From assembly GCA_965203485.1 (NCBI GenBank), contig OZ241892.1, positions 2,592,001 through 2,656,000 of the forward strand: a stretch of 64,000 nt of DNA, given 5' to 3'. The stretch is from Longimicrobiales bacterium (lineage in GTDB: Bacteria; Gemmatimonadota; Gemmatimonadetes; Longimicrobiales; Gaopeijiaceae). The notes beneath the pieces were generated by a model. That model saw nothing but the letters and a program-made list of their open reading frames with translations, did not search any database and was not told the origin of the DNA. Position 1 is the first letter of the stretch; each line of letters begins with the position of its first letter. Below are positions 1 to 10,911 of the stretch, piece by piece. Made by a program: the position numbers and the translations under genes.

Positions 1-13
1 CGCCCGACAGAGT

Positions 14-72
14 CTGCCATTTTGGCAGGATCCAGCGTCAATTCCGGCCGCCGTCCTGCCATTTCGGCAGGA
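14..72. promoter_or_regulatory. Two palindromic operator/enhancer-like sites upstream of hsp20
   Basis: CTGCCA-TTT-TGGCAG at 14-28 and TCCTGCC-ATTTC-GGCAGGA at 54-72; centres 42 bp apart. Confidence 0.6.
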
Positions 73-79
73 ATTCGGC

Positions 80-95
80 GGGCACGAGGCTTGCA
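80..95 (+). promoter_or_regulatory. Sigma-54 (-24/-12) promoter of hsp20
   Basis: gGGCACG-AGGC-TTGCA matches TGGCACG-N4-TTGCW except the first base; RBS AAAGGAG at 146-152. Confidence 0.7.
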
Positions 96-159
96 GCGCT
101 TCTCGCACGACGCATGTGCACGGGGCATGTGCGGACCACTTCGTGAAAGGAGCAGACGG

Positions 160-603
160 ATGTACCTGATCAAGGACTTGTTCGGCGAGGCGGCCCTCCG
201 GCGCGCCTTCGGCGACGACTGCCTCACCGGATGCGGCATCGACCGTACCGCCTGGGCGCCCGCGTTCGGCGTGGAAGAGAAGGACCACGAGATCGAACTC
301 ACGGGCGAGTTGCCCGGGCTGACCCACGACGACATCGAGGTCAACCTGGAGAACAACGTCCTCACCGTCTCCGGCGAGAAGCGCTTCGTCCGCGACGAAC
401 GCGCAGAGGGCACGGAGGGAACCGAGGGCAAGCGCCACCTGATGGAGCGCCGCTTCGGCCGCTTCAACCGCTCGTTCGCGTTGCCGCGGACCGTGCAGGC
501 CGAGGGCATCACGGCCGACTTCGAGAACGGCATCCTGACGGTCCGCCTGCCCAAGGCGGACGAGGCCCGCACCCGCAAGATCGAGGTGCGCACAAGCGCC
601 TAA
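160..603 (+). CDS. Hsp20/alpha-crystallin small heat shock protein
   Basis: ELPGL..DIEV..ENNVLTVSGEK, ERRFGRFNRSFALP, A.FENGILTVRLPK, C-terminal KIEV; start moved to the ATG at 160 after the RBS. Confidence 0.95.
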   Translation: MYLIKDLFGEAALRRAFGDDCLTGCGIDRTAWAPAFGVEEKDHEIELTGELPGLTHDDIEVNLENNVLTVSGEKRFVRDERAEGTEGTEGKRHLMERRFGRFNRSFALPRTVQAEGITADFENGILTVRLPKADEARTRKIEVRTSA

Positions 604-614
604 TCCGCGCCAAG

Positions 615-705
615 GAGCGCGTCCGCGCGCCGATCCCGGTGCGCGGACGCGCTCTGGGCCGCCGACGCCCATTGGAGGGCCCGGGCCTGCAAGGCTCGGG
701 CCCTC
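615..705 (+). terminator. Two GC-rich hairpins after hsp20 (probable terminator)
   Basis: Stem-loops at 615-654 (GAGCGCGTCCGCGC...GCGCGGACGCGCTC) and 675-705 (GAGGGCCCGGGCCT-GCA-AGGCTCGGGCCCTC); weak U tail. Confidence 0.6.
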
Positions 706-881
706 GTTGCGTTTCGCCGAGCCGGAGGTTCCCCGAAACCGCTCGCGCCCTCTCCACGCAACGCTCGACGGCGCGCCGGTCACCCGTGAACGACAGCCTC
801 GGAGACGCAACCCTTGCCACTCCCTGGACGATTGGCCGAACGGCCTTCGGGCGGGGCCTGACCATGAACATGGACAGCTAG

Positions 882-2411
882 CAGCCCGTGGATAAAGTCC
901 CGACGGTGCCGGTGATTGGTAGGGATTAGATTGGAGTGACGGAACGATTCCCTTGAAGGAGGACGGCGATGGCGTTGGGCAAGCGTCGGAGCGTTCGGCA
1001 GGAGGCGCTGTTCGTGGCGACGAGCGAGATCAGCGCGTCGGAGCATCCGTTCTACCGTGCGCTGGACAAGCTGTTGCGGGAAGACGGCTTCGACGAGTTC
1101 GCGGAGGAGGTGTGCGCCGAGTTCTACGCGGGCAACGTGGGCCGTCCGGGGATTCCTCCGGGGGTGTACTTCCGGGCGCTGATGGTGGGATACCTGGAGG
1201 GCATCTCGTCGGAGCGGGGCATCGCCTGGCGGTGCAGGGACTCGTTTTCGGTGCGTGCGTTCCTGGGGTACGAGCTGACGAGGAACCCGCCGGACCATTC
1301 GAGCCTGTCGAAGACGCGCAAGCGGCTGAGCGTGGAGGCGCACGTCGCAGTGTTCGCGCGCGTGTTGCGGCTGCTGGACGACTCGGGGCTGTTGGGAGGC
1401 GGGACGCTGGGCGTGGACTCGACGACGCTGGAGGCGAACGCGGCGATGCGCTCGATCGTGCGTCGGGACGGGGGCGCGGGCTACGAGGCGTGGCTGCGGG
1501 AGTTGGCGCGGTCGTCGGGGATCGAGACGCCGACGCGCGCGGAGCTGGCGAAGCTGGACCGAAAGCGTCCGAAGAAGGGGTCGAACGCGGAGTGGGTGCA
1601 TCCGGGGGACCCGGAGGCGCGGATCACGAAGATGAAGGACGGGCGCACGCGGCTGGGTCACAAGCTGGAGCAGGCGGTGGACCTGGAGTCGGGCGCGGTG
1701 GTGGGCATGACGGTGCAGACGACGGACGGGGGCGACGCGGCGTCGCTGACGGAGACGCTGGACGAGGCGGAGCGGCGGCTGGCGGAGCTGGGGGCTGGGG
1801 CGGCGGAAGTGGTGTGCGACAAGGGCTGTCACTCGAACAAGACGATGACGGAGTTGGAGGACCGGGGGCTGCGCGGCTACGTGAGCGAGCCCGCGCGCGG
1901 TCGGCGGAGCTGGAAGAAGAACAAGGAAGCCCAGAAGCCGGTCTACGCGAACCGGCGGCGGATTCGGGGCGAGCGCGGAAAGGCACTGCTGAGGATGCGG
2001 GGCGAGAAGCTCGAGCGCTCGTTCGCGCACCTGCTGGGGACGGGCGGACTTCGCCGCGTGCACGTTCGTGGCCACGAGGACATCCGCAAGCGGATGCTGA
2101 TTCACGTCGCCGCCTTCAACCTCGGGCTGCTCATGCGAAGACGCTTCGGAGTCGGCACGCCACGAGGCCTGCAGGGCCGCCCCGCCGCAGCGCAAGCTGT
2201 GCTCGATTCCTGCGCGACGGGCGCCGCAGGCTCCGTTTTGCGCCGATTTTGCCGCCCAATCGCCGCTCTCGAGCCGCTCCGACGTCTCTTGGGGCCGCTC
2301 CAAGCCCAATTCCGCGACTCCCGTGCGTTCGCGCCGTCGAGAGCCCTGTAAAACCGCCGTGTCCCGCCAAGTCTCGTCGCGGACGCGCCCAACCCGTTTG
2401 TCCACGGACTG
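882..2411 (+). mobile_element. Complete insertion sequence (IS1182/IS5-like)
   Basis: TIRs CAGCCCGTGGATAAA (882-896) and TTTGTCCACGGACTG (2397-2411), 13/15 match; CTAG on both sides (878-881, 2412-2415). Confidence 0.9.
969..2351 (+). CDS. DDE transposase (DUF772 N-terminus + DDE domain)
   Basis: GRPGIPP..YFRALMVGYLEGISSER, PDHSSLS, VDSTTLEANA, DKG, ERSFAH motifs. Confidence 0.95.
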   Translation: MALGKRRSVRQEALFVATSEISASEHPFYRALDKLLREDGFDEFAEEVCAEFYAGNVGRPGIPPGVYFRALMVGYLEGISSERGIAWRCRDSFSVRAFLGYELTRNPPDHSSLSKTRKRLSVEAHVAVFARVLRLLDDSGLLGGGTLGVDSTTLEANAAMRSIVRRDGGAGYEAWLRELARSSGIETPTRAELAKLDRKRPKKGSNAEWVHPGDPEARITKMKDGRTRLGHKLEQAVDLESGAVVGMTVQTTDGGDAASLTETLDEAERRLAELGAGAAEVVCDKGCHSNKTMTELEDRGLRGYVSEPARGRRSWKKNKEAQKPVYANRRRIRGERGKALLRMRGEKLERSFAHLLGTGGLRRVHVRGHEDIRKRMLIHVAAFNLGLLMRRRFGVGTPRGLQGRPAAAQAVLDSCATGAAGSVLRRFCRPIAALEPLRRLLGPLQAQFRDSRAFAPSRAL

Positions 2412-2511
2412 CTAGGCCACGCTGCCTCGTGGCCATGGCCGTTGCGTCGGGTCAGGAATCCTAGTAGAGTCGTGGCGTGCAATCAGCCTGCTGGCACGAC
2501 CAGGAGCGGCA

Positions 2512-3417
2512 ATGGAACGGGGACCCAACCAGAAGCCCGAATGGCAACGCTACGCTCAGACCTTCGTTGACGTTCGCGGGAGGCCAGCCGTGTTCCTGTT
2601 TTCTCAGGAGTCACTGGGATATCAGCACGCGTTCGCCTTGCGGACGCAATTCGGCAACGCCCGGTTCCCAGAGCTCGACCTGGTCATCAACTCAGGCGGA
2701 GGTAGCATTCATGCGGCATACCAGCTTATCTCTCTCCTGCGTCGCCACGCTAATTGCATTCACGCCTGCGTTCCCTTCTTTGCCAAGAGTGCCGCAACGC
2801 TTCTTTGTGTCGGCTCGGACACGATCTTTCTTGATGAACTAGCCCAGCTAGGACCCTTAGATCCTCAGATCTATGAACAGAAGGGCGGCGGTAAGAGTGA
2901 ATTCACTTCGGCTTTGAATCCGTTCAAGACGCTTGAGCAACTACAAAAATTTTCCCTCGAGAGCCTTGACATTGCTATGAGTGTGATCGTTCGAAGATCT
3001 GGAATGAACGTAGACGAATGCTTGAAACATGCTACTAACTTCGTACAGTCTACGACTGAGCCTCTGTTTTCCCAACTTGATCCAGAGAAACTCGGAGAAT
3101 ACAGTAGAGAGCTAGCGGTAGGTGTGGAATACGGCAAGCGACTACTACACAGGATCGAAAGATGGGATGACAATAGTTCAGAAGTTATTGACAAGCTCGT
3201 GCACGGATATCCTTCACATGGATATATCATTGATTACGACGAACTAAGCGACATGGGTTTCGATGTGCGTATGTTCCCCGATTCCGAACACGCTGCGGTG
3301 CAAGAACTTCGCCATATTGTCGCCCAGAACATCGTTCAGCTAGTACTACCCACGGAAACAGCGGAACCCAAGAACACTGAAAGGACTCAACCTAATCATG
3401 AATCAAGTGCAACCTGA
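2512..3417 (+). CDS. SDH-family ClpP-fold serine protease (copy 1)
   Basis: LVINSGGG, AKSAATL (Ser), LGPLDPQ (Asp), YPSHG (His); visibly lower GC than the core. Confidence 0.88.
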   Translation: MERGPNQKPEWQRYAQTFVDVRGRPAVFLFSQESLGYQHAFALRTQFGNARFPELDLVINSGGGSIHAAYQLISLLRRHANCIHACVPFFAKSAATLLCVGSDTIFLDELAQLGPLDPQIYEQKGGGKSEFTSALNPFKTLEQLQKFSLESLDIAMSVIVRRSGMNVDECLKHATNFVQSTTEPLFSQLDPEKLGEYSRELAVGVEYGKRLLHRIERWDDNSSEVIDKLVHGYPSHGYIIDYDELSDMGFDVRMFPDSEHAAVQELRHIVAQNIVQLVLPTETAEPKNTERTQPNHESSAT

Positions 3418-3622
3418 ATGGGGAACAGCTAGAATGGACAGAGGGACTGGTGAGCGGCTTTTGTTGCGGACACTTGTCGAAGAACAGCTTCCGGCGACGC
3501 GAATCTTCGTCGATGGACTCTATCAGGAATTTGCGGATTCCGGCAGTCGGAGCAAGATTGATCGACTGATCCAGGACAGAAGCAGAAATCCATGGCCGTT
3601 GACGGATAGCGACCCAGGGTGA
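3398..3622 (+). CDS. Small hypothetical protein overlapping the protease 3' end
   Basis: 74-aa ORF (alternative ATG at 3434) with the same low-GC composition and a non-shadow amino acid profile. Confidence 0.6.
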   Translation: MNQVQPEWGTARMDRGTGERLLLRTLVEEQLPATRIFVDGLYQEFADSGSRSKIDRLIQDRSRNPWPLTDSDPG

Positions 3623-3699
3623 AGATGAGCACCGAGGACCACTTGGTCTATCGACGAGGTGGCTTCGCGACCGCCTGAGATTGGCTGGACACGCGAACC

Positions 3700-4375
3700 C
3701 GTGACCGTTAATCGGCCTCTCCAATCCGGCCAACTTCTCACCGGCCTCCTGTTCGACGAGCCGATGCGGGTGGAGACCGTTCGCCCGCAGGGCAGGGACA
3801 CCTGGGTGCCCGACTTGGTCGGAACGCGCTCCGAACGGTTCCGCAACGTCGCGCTCGCCGAGGCCGATCTGGCACAAACTGGCGATCGCCGCTCCTGCGC
3901 CTGGGCATCCAAGCCTGGTCGCTGGGCATCGCCTACGAATTCGACCCCTACTTCGCGCTGTCGATCTCCAAGGTGGACCCGTTGCCGCATCAGCTGGAGG
4001 CCGTCTACGCTACAAGCTGGGCGAACTCCTGCGGGACACTTCGGATCACATGCTCCTGCTGACCGCCACGCCCCACAAGGGCGACCCAGAGAACTTCACG
4101 CTCTTCCTCCAGCTACTGGACCAGGACGACTACGCGGACGTCAAGTCGATCCGATAGGCGATGAACGCCAAGCCCCGTTCTACCTGCGCCGCACCAAGGA
4201 GGCAATCGTTCGCTTCCCGGAGCGCGGCGGCGACGGCACGTGGGTGGCCCGGCCGGTCTTCACCAAGCGCATTCCGCGCACTGCCGGGTTCTCCATCGAC
4301 GGGACCAAGTTGGAACTGTACCAGCAGGTCACGCGCTTCGTGAAGCGGCAAAGCCGACGGGCGGCCGCGCAGGGC
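3700..4375 (+). pseudogene. SNF2-type helicase remnant (frameshifted, internally deleted)
   Basis: Fragments in different frames: LFDEPMRVETV; LGIAYEFDPYFALSISKVDPLPHQLEAVY; LLLTATPHKGDPENF; FYLRRTKEA; in-frame stop near 4155. Confidence 0.8.
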
Positions 4376-4624
4376 CGAACCGTGGTCCGCGAGCGCTCCG
4401 AGCTTCGCGATGTCGGTGCCAACCACACCGTGCTCGACCGCGTGCACGCAGCCATGCTCTTCCAGCTTGGCGGTCACACCGCGACCCTGCGGGCACTGAT
4501 CGAGGCGGGAACAGGAGCGTGGGCCCGACTCATGCATCTGGCCAACGCGCTGTCTGCTCTGTATCCTCGGGGAAGCCAGGAGAAACGACTTCTCGACGCC
4601 ATGTTGCTGGCGGCGCCGAAGTAG
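4376..4624 (+). pseudogene. C-terminal remnant of a DUF1156-type DNA methylase fused to the helicase relic
   Basis: TVLDRVHAAMLFQ.GG...LANALSALYPRGSQEKRLLDAML resembles the DUF1156 C-terminus; junction approximate. Confidence 0.65.
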
Positions 4625-4640
4625 AGGCGGAGACGGACAA

Positions 4641-5762
4641 ATGCCAAACGCAATCGAGTCCGTTCGCGTCAAAGGCTTCCGATCCCTCGCGGACGTGCAG
4701 ATCAAGGGCCTGTCCCGGGGGGCGACCGTCTTGATCGGAGCCAACGGCTCGGGCAAGTCCAACCTCATGCGCCTCCTCGAAATGATTGGCTGGATGGTCG
4801 ATCTCCGGCGTATGCGCGACTACGTCGCCCGTCACGGAGGCGCCGACGACCAGCTGTTCGGCGGCCGAAAGACGACGCCGGAGATCAAGGCCCAGGTCGA
4901 TGTTCGCACTCCACACGGTCGGGTTGAGTACCGTTTTGCGCTGGAGTGCACCACCGGCGATTGGTTCGTCTTCGCCGAGGAGGCATACCGAATCGCCAAG
5001 TCCGGCAAGTCGGCCGACGTACCCTGGGAACGGATCGAAGACAGCGGCTATCGCGAGGCAAGAGTTGCAGAGAGAACCAACGGCAACGGCCCAGGACCCG
5101 AAGCCGCGCGCACGCTCGTTGGACTGTTGCGGCGTTGTCTCATATACCAATTTCACGACACGTCGTTCGACTCGAGGATGAAAGTCAGCTGGGATGCCAC
5201 GGATTTCGGCCGTCTGCGTAGCGACGGGGCGAATTTGGCTTCGGTGCTGTCGTTGCTGGAGCGCGAGGACAACCCGCGATTCGAGTTGATCTGCCGCTAC
5301 ATTCGTCTCGCGGTCCCCGTCTTCGACCGCTTCGAGATCGAGGAAGAATACGGCGAGGTGCAGTTGCGGTGGAAGCACAAAGACATGGACAAGACGATGG
5401 GAGCTCACATGACTTCCGACGGCATGCTACGCTTCTTCGCCCTTGTGACGCTACTGAACCTCCCGTCGGAGATGCTGCCCGGCGTGTTGCTCCTGGACGA
5501 GCCGGAGCTGGGGCTGCATCCAGCGGCCATCACGCTGATCGGCGCCATGATCGACTCCGTCGCCATGGACCGGCAGGTCATCGTGGCCACCCAATCGCCG
5601 CTGGTGGTGGACAACTTCCGCCTCGACGAGATCGTCGTTCTGGAGCTGGAGGACGGCCGGACGACGGTCCGCAGATTCGACGATGCCGAGTACGGCCAGT
5701 GGCTCAACGAGTGCTCGAGCGGCGAACTCTGGCAGAAGAACGTGCTGGGCGGCCGACCGTGA
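4641..5762 (+). CDS. ABC/SMC-like AAA ATPase (AAA_21 type)
   Basis: Walker A GANGSGKS, SDGMLRF signature, Walker B LLLDEPELGLHP, VATQS. Confidence 0.92.
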   Translation: MPNAIESVRVKGFRSLADVQIKGLSRGATVLIGANGSGKSNLMRLLEMIGWMVDLRRMRDYVARHGGADDQLFGGRKTTPEIKAQVDVRTPHGRVEYRFALECTTGDWFVFAEEAYRIAKSGKSADVPWERIEDSGYREARVAERTNGNGPGPEAARTLVGLLRRCLIYQFHDTSFDSRMKVSWDATDFGRLRSDGANLASVLSLLEREDNPRFELICRYIRLAVPVFDRFEIEEEYGEVQLRWKHKDMDKTMGAHMTSDGMLRFFALVTLLNLPSEMLPGVLLLDEPELGLHPAAITLIGAMIDSVAMDRQVIVATQSPLVVDNFRLDEIVVLELEDGRTTVRRFDDAEYGQWLNECSSGELWQKNVLGGRP

Positions 5763-6409
5763 TTCGTCTTGCAGTATCGGCGGAGGGCCACACCGAGGTA
5801 GCGTTCGTGACGAGCGTGCTCCGGGACCATCTGTCGCCAATGAAGGTCATGCCTTATGCACTGCTTCTCGGACGCGCCCGCGAGGGCATGGGCGGCGGAG
5901 GTGACGTCACCGTGGCCCGCCTCGTGGAAGACATGCGTCGCTGGCAGAGTAGCTTCGACGCCATGACGTCGCTGGTGGACTTCTACGGCTTTCGGGGCAA
6001 GCGGGACCGAACGCGCAAAGGCCGAGCAGTTGAATACATCGTTGTCATCCCCGCGCGGGACTCCAAGGCCCGCGAAGCGGAGTTCCGGCTCACGGCCGAG
6101 CCCGACTTTCCCCTGGCCACCGCTACCCAAACCGTCGTCGAGCCGACGCCCCCAACGGAAGCACCTACCGCGGACCACGCACCTGTCACATTGCGTCTCA
6201 CAGGCACCGTGCCGTCCGACAGCTGGAACCGCGTAGGCATGAAGCTACTGCCCAAATTGGGCTCCCGCCGCTCCGAGCCCAAAGTCTCGGTGGACCTCTC
6301 AGTACGCGTGGACGCGAACGCCGCCGGTCCTCTCAAGGCCGAACTCCAACAGGTCCTGGACGATCTAGGCCTCGGCGCATCCATGACCGTGCGCAAGGAG
6401 AACGAATGA
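5759..6409 (+). pseudogene. Chimera: DUF4276 (TOPRIM-like) N-terminus fused to a DUF499-type ATPase C-terminal tail
   Basis: GTGA overlap with the ATPase stop; AEGHTE..FV...GGG...TSLVDFYGF, then an abrupt switch near 6000 to LTGTVP..SWNRVG.KLLPKL...LQQVLDDLGL. Confidence 0.65.
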
Positions 6410-6566
6410 CCTGCATCTGCCTGGCCCCTCGCCAGCGAACTGGAAAATAGGATGCCCGCTGTTGGTACCGACGCTCACCCCCCTCCTCCCCGACTTCTTG
6501 GCCGCCAGCAATCTCACCCCTCCCGCACAATACCAGGCGAGAGCTTTGCGGCTCACGTGAGAGGCA

Positions 6567-6800
6567 TCAGCGACGAGGATGTGACAGCTGAGCGAGCACA
6601 GGTAGTATGGGTTGCCTCGCTGACGTCGCGTTTGGACGGACAGCGAACGGGCTCACGATCCGACTGCCCTTCTCGACCCAGATGCCCATGCTCTCGAGCT
6701 TTTTGCGCATGCGCAGGGATTCTCGGACGATGTCGGGGTCTACGCCAGGGTTTCGAGAGATCTCCTCGTCGGTAAGCACGAGGCCATCATTGGCGTTCAT
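6567..6800 (-). CDS. Small hypothetical protein (possible antitoxin-like)
   Basis: 77-aa ORF with AAGGAG upstream; its stop overlaps the next ATG (TGATG). Confidence 0.6.
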   Translation of the reverse strand: MNANDGLVLTDEEISRNPGVDPDIVRESLRMRKKLESMGIWVEKGSRIVSPFAVRPNATSARQPILPVLAQLSHPRR

Positions 6801-7001
6801 TCACGGTCTCCTTGTCAGGGTAAACGGCGGCTGTGAACTATACTGGGAATCTGCTCTGTATCCGCAAAGTCACGCAAGAACAAAACTACTCCTTCAAGTT
6901 CTTGCAACACTACCAGTTCGGCGGTGGCCTGCGGTCCGCTACTATCCGGTGCGGTCCCGCGCGGCACAGATCTCGTGCCGACGGGGCCGTGGGACGACCC
7001 G

Positions 7002-7436
7002 TCAGTTCACCTTGCGGACGAAGACGACGGTCGCGGGCCGGGCCGCAACGCCGTCCGCGCCGGCTTCCCCAGCTACGTCCAACTCAAATCTGAAGCGGTC
7101 CGGTCCGTGCCTTTCCACGCGGCCCTCCACGGCGCGGCTCGCCGTCCCGCGCCACGGCCCGGCGGCCAACCGCATCTCCTCGGCCGCGCCGTTCCGCAAC
7201 AGCTGGTACGGCGTTTCTCCGTCGAAGCCGCAGTCCTCCCCCGCCGTCGTCCACCTCGCCCGGCCTTCGGCCAGCTCCCCGAAGACCACGCTCGTCCTCT
7301 GCGCAAGAACGCACGGGGCATCCCCGCGCACGGCCACGACCGTCCACGCTCCGGCCAGCGGGTTCTCGACCGCAGGCTCGCACGCGGCCAGGGCGGCAAT
7401 CCAGGCCGTCGCTCCCAGCGTCCTGCGCAAGCCCAT
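7002..7436 (-). CDS. Hypothetical lipoprotein
   Basis: Signal peptide with lipobox LAAC; directly follows ahcY. Confidence 0.7.
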   Translation of the reverse strand: MGLRRTLGATAWIAALAACEPAVENPLAGAWTVVAVRGDAPCVLAQRTSVVFGELAEGRARWTTAGEDCGFDGETPYQLLRNGAAEEMRLAAGPWRGTASRAVEGRVERHGPDRFRFELDVAGEAGADGVAARPATVVFVRKVN

Positions 7437-7451
7437 TCCTCGGCCTCCGGC

Positions 7452-9059
<1,608 letters not shown>

Positions 9060-9156
9060 CGGTCTCGGTCCTTCGGGGCCGGCATCTGCGGCTAGGCGGG
9101 CGGAGTGTGCGTGCTTTTGCGAAAGATAGCGAGGAAGACGGAGCCAGAATGCGTTG

Positions 9157-9498
9157 CTATGCCGCCGGAGCCGACTCGATGTCGCCGACGCCGGACAGCG
9201 GCAACGCCGTGATGCCGTCGACCGTCGGGCACTCCCTGTCTCCCGGAGCCAAGTCGCGAGACGTCTCCAACCCCAGGAGGAAATGAAGGATGCCGCTGTC
9301 CCGCAGATGCGCCTTCGGCGACTTGACCAGACGCTTGCCCACGTTCTCGAACCGGGGCGGCAACACGCGCACCAGGCACGTGCCCGCCAGCAGGTCGAGG
9401 TAGCGGTCGGCGGTCTTCGCCGACCGGCCCAGCGAGGCCCCATCTCCGGCGGCGTTCAGCAGGTGGAGGCCGACGCCGGACAGGTGCACCTCCGACAC
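9157..9498 (-). pseudogene. Fragment of an AAA/DUF4143 ATP-binding protein
   Basis: [44 protein letters not shown]; the ATPase domain is missing. Confidence 0.75.
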
Positions 9499-9579
9499 GG
9501 CGCGGCGCGGGACCGGCTGGAGCAGGGAGATGCGCGTGGCGGGGATTGCGGCGATCCGGGAGAGGATCGGCGGACTCCC

Positions 9580-10911
9580 CTACTCCTCCTCGAACTCTTC
9601 GTCCGACAAGCGGAACGCCTCGATGAGCTCGGGATCGTCTTCGTCGCCCAGAACGCGGCCTGCCAGGTACTCGCCGGTCACGGGGCCGAACTTGAAGCCC
9701 TCGGCGGAGCCGCCGCCGGCGAGCCAGACGTTGTCGAAGTCGGGGTGGTGGTCGAAGAAGAAGTTGCGGGTCACCGAGACTTCGTAGTGGCACGCACGGG
9801 TCTCGCTGACGGGGGCGTCCGCCAAGCCGGGGAAGCGCTTCTTCACGAAGGCGAGCGGGCGCTCCATGTCCTCGGCGGTGAGCCAGCGCCGGCTGGTGTC
9901 GGGATCGTCGGGGGCGCGGCCGCCGGTGCGCACGCGGAAGCCTCGGTTGTCCGGCCCCAATGCGGGCCATCCGGTGACGCCGGGGAAGTTGTAGCTGGGC
10001 AGGTTGGGAAAGGCGTAGCGGTTGTCGCCGGGCGGCGTGCGCAGGTAGACGACGTTGCCGATGGGGATGCGCAGCCGCTTGCCCATCAGCTGGGGGAACG
10101 CCTTGGGGTACCACGGGCCGAGGGCGAAGACGTAGGCGCCCGCCGACAGGGACTCGTCCGGACGCAGGCGGAGGGCGTCCAGGGCGCGGCCGGAGCGGCC
10201 GCCCAGCGCGGCGTGGGCGATCTTCACTTGGCCGCCCGCATGGCGGAAGACCGTGGCTGCGGACTCGATGGCCCTGCGGGCGCGCACGACTCCGGCGTCC
10301 AGCTCGTGGAGGGCCACGGAGATGCCGGAGAGGTCGATCACGGGCCAGCGGCGTCCGACTTCGGTGTCGTCGAGAACTTCGTAGCGGACTCCCGCCTGGT
10401 CCCAGTTGGCGCGGGTCTCCTCCATGAAGTCGGTCCACTCGTCGCGCATGATCAGGTCCGACGTCGTGAAGAAGACGCGAGGGAGCATCATGTCCTGCCA
10501 CTGCTCGTCCCACGCCTTCCACTTCTCGATGGCGCGCTTGGCCCAGCGCGTCCACAGCAGGCCGTGCGGGCGGCCGCCGTACCCGGTGCGGACGCCGCGC
10601 GTCTCGCCGCCGGACGTGGCCCGCGAGTTGGCCGGGCCGTACTGGTCGATCAACGTCACCTGCGCGCCCGACCGCTGGAGGTGAAGCGCGGTCCACGCGC
10701 CGAACGCTCCCGCGCCGACGACGGCGAAGTCGGGGCGGCGGCGGGCCACGACGGCGGGCGCGTCCGCAACGGCGACCCGCGCCGCCGGACGACGGGCGTC
10801 GGCCTCGGCCTGCGTCGCGGCGGCCCTCCCCGCCAGCGCCGCGCCCGCGCCGGCGGCGGCGACCCGCAGAAAGCCGCGCCGCCCTACGGCCGCGGGCTCG
10901 GTCCCGCTCAA
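9580..10911 (-). CDS. Tat-exported FAD-dependent oxidoreductase (sarcosine oxidase/DAO family)
   Basis: GRRGFL twin-arginine motif, VVGAGAFG, TSGGETR, GGSAEGFKFGP; TTG start overlaps the cytochrome stop. Confidence 0.9.
   Translation of the reverse strand: MSGTEPAAVGRRGFLRVAAAGAGAALAGRAAATQAEADARRPAARVAVADAPAVVARRRPDFAVVGAGAFGAWTALHLQRSGAQVTLIDQYGPANSRATSGGETRGVRTGYGGRPHGLLWTRWAKRAIEKWKAWDEQWQDMMLPRVFFTTSDLIMRDEWTDFMEETRANWDQAGVRYEVLDDTEVGRRWPVIDLSGISVALHELDAGVVRARRAIESAATVFRHAGGQVKIAHAALGGRSGRALDALRLRPDESLSAGAYVFALGPWYPKAFPQLMGKRLRIPIGNVVYLRTPPGDNRYAFPNLPSYNFPGVTGWPALGPDNRGFRVRTGGRAPDDPDTSRRWLTAEDMERPLAFVKKRFPGLADAPVSETRACHYEVSVTRNFFFDHHPDFDNVWLAGGGSAEGFKFGPVTGEYLAGRVLGDEDDPELIEAFRLSDEEFEEE

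Noticed and set aside
780..2464. Long overlapping and antisense ORFs across the transposase and throughout the window
   Set aside because: Arg/Gly/Ala/Pro-rich shadow frames expected in high-GC DNA, with no motifs.
3659..4624. 321-aa ORF as an intact gene
   Set aside because: It is a mosaic of helicase and methylase fragments with conserved blocks in other frames.
9060..9160. SAH riboswitch upstream of ahcY
   Set aside because: No recognisable conserved SAH riboswitch core by eye; an Rfam scan would settle it.
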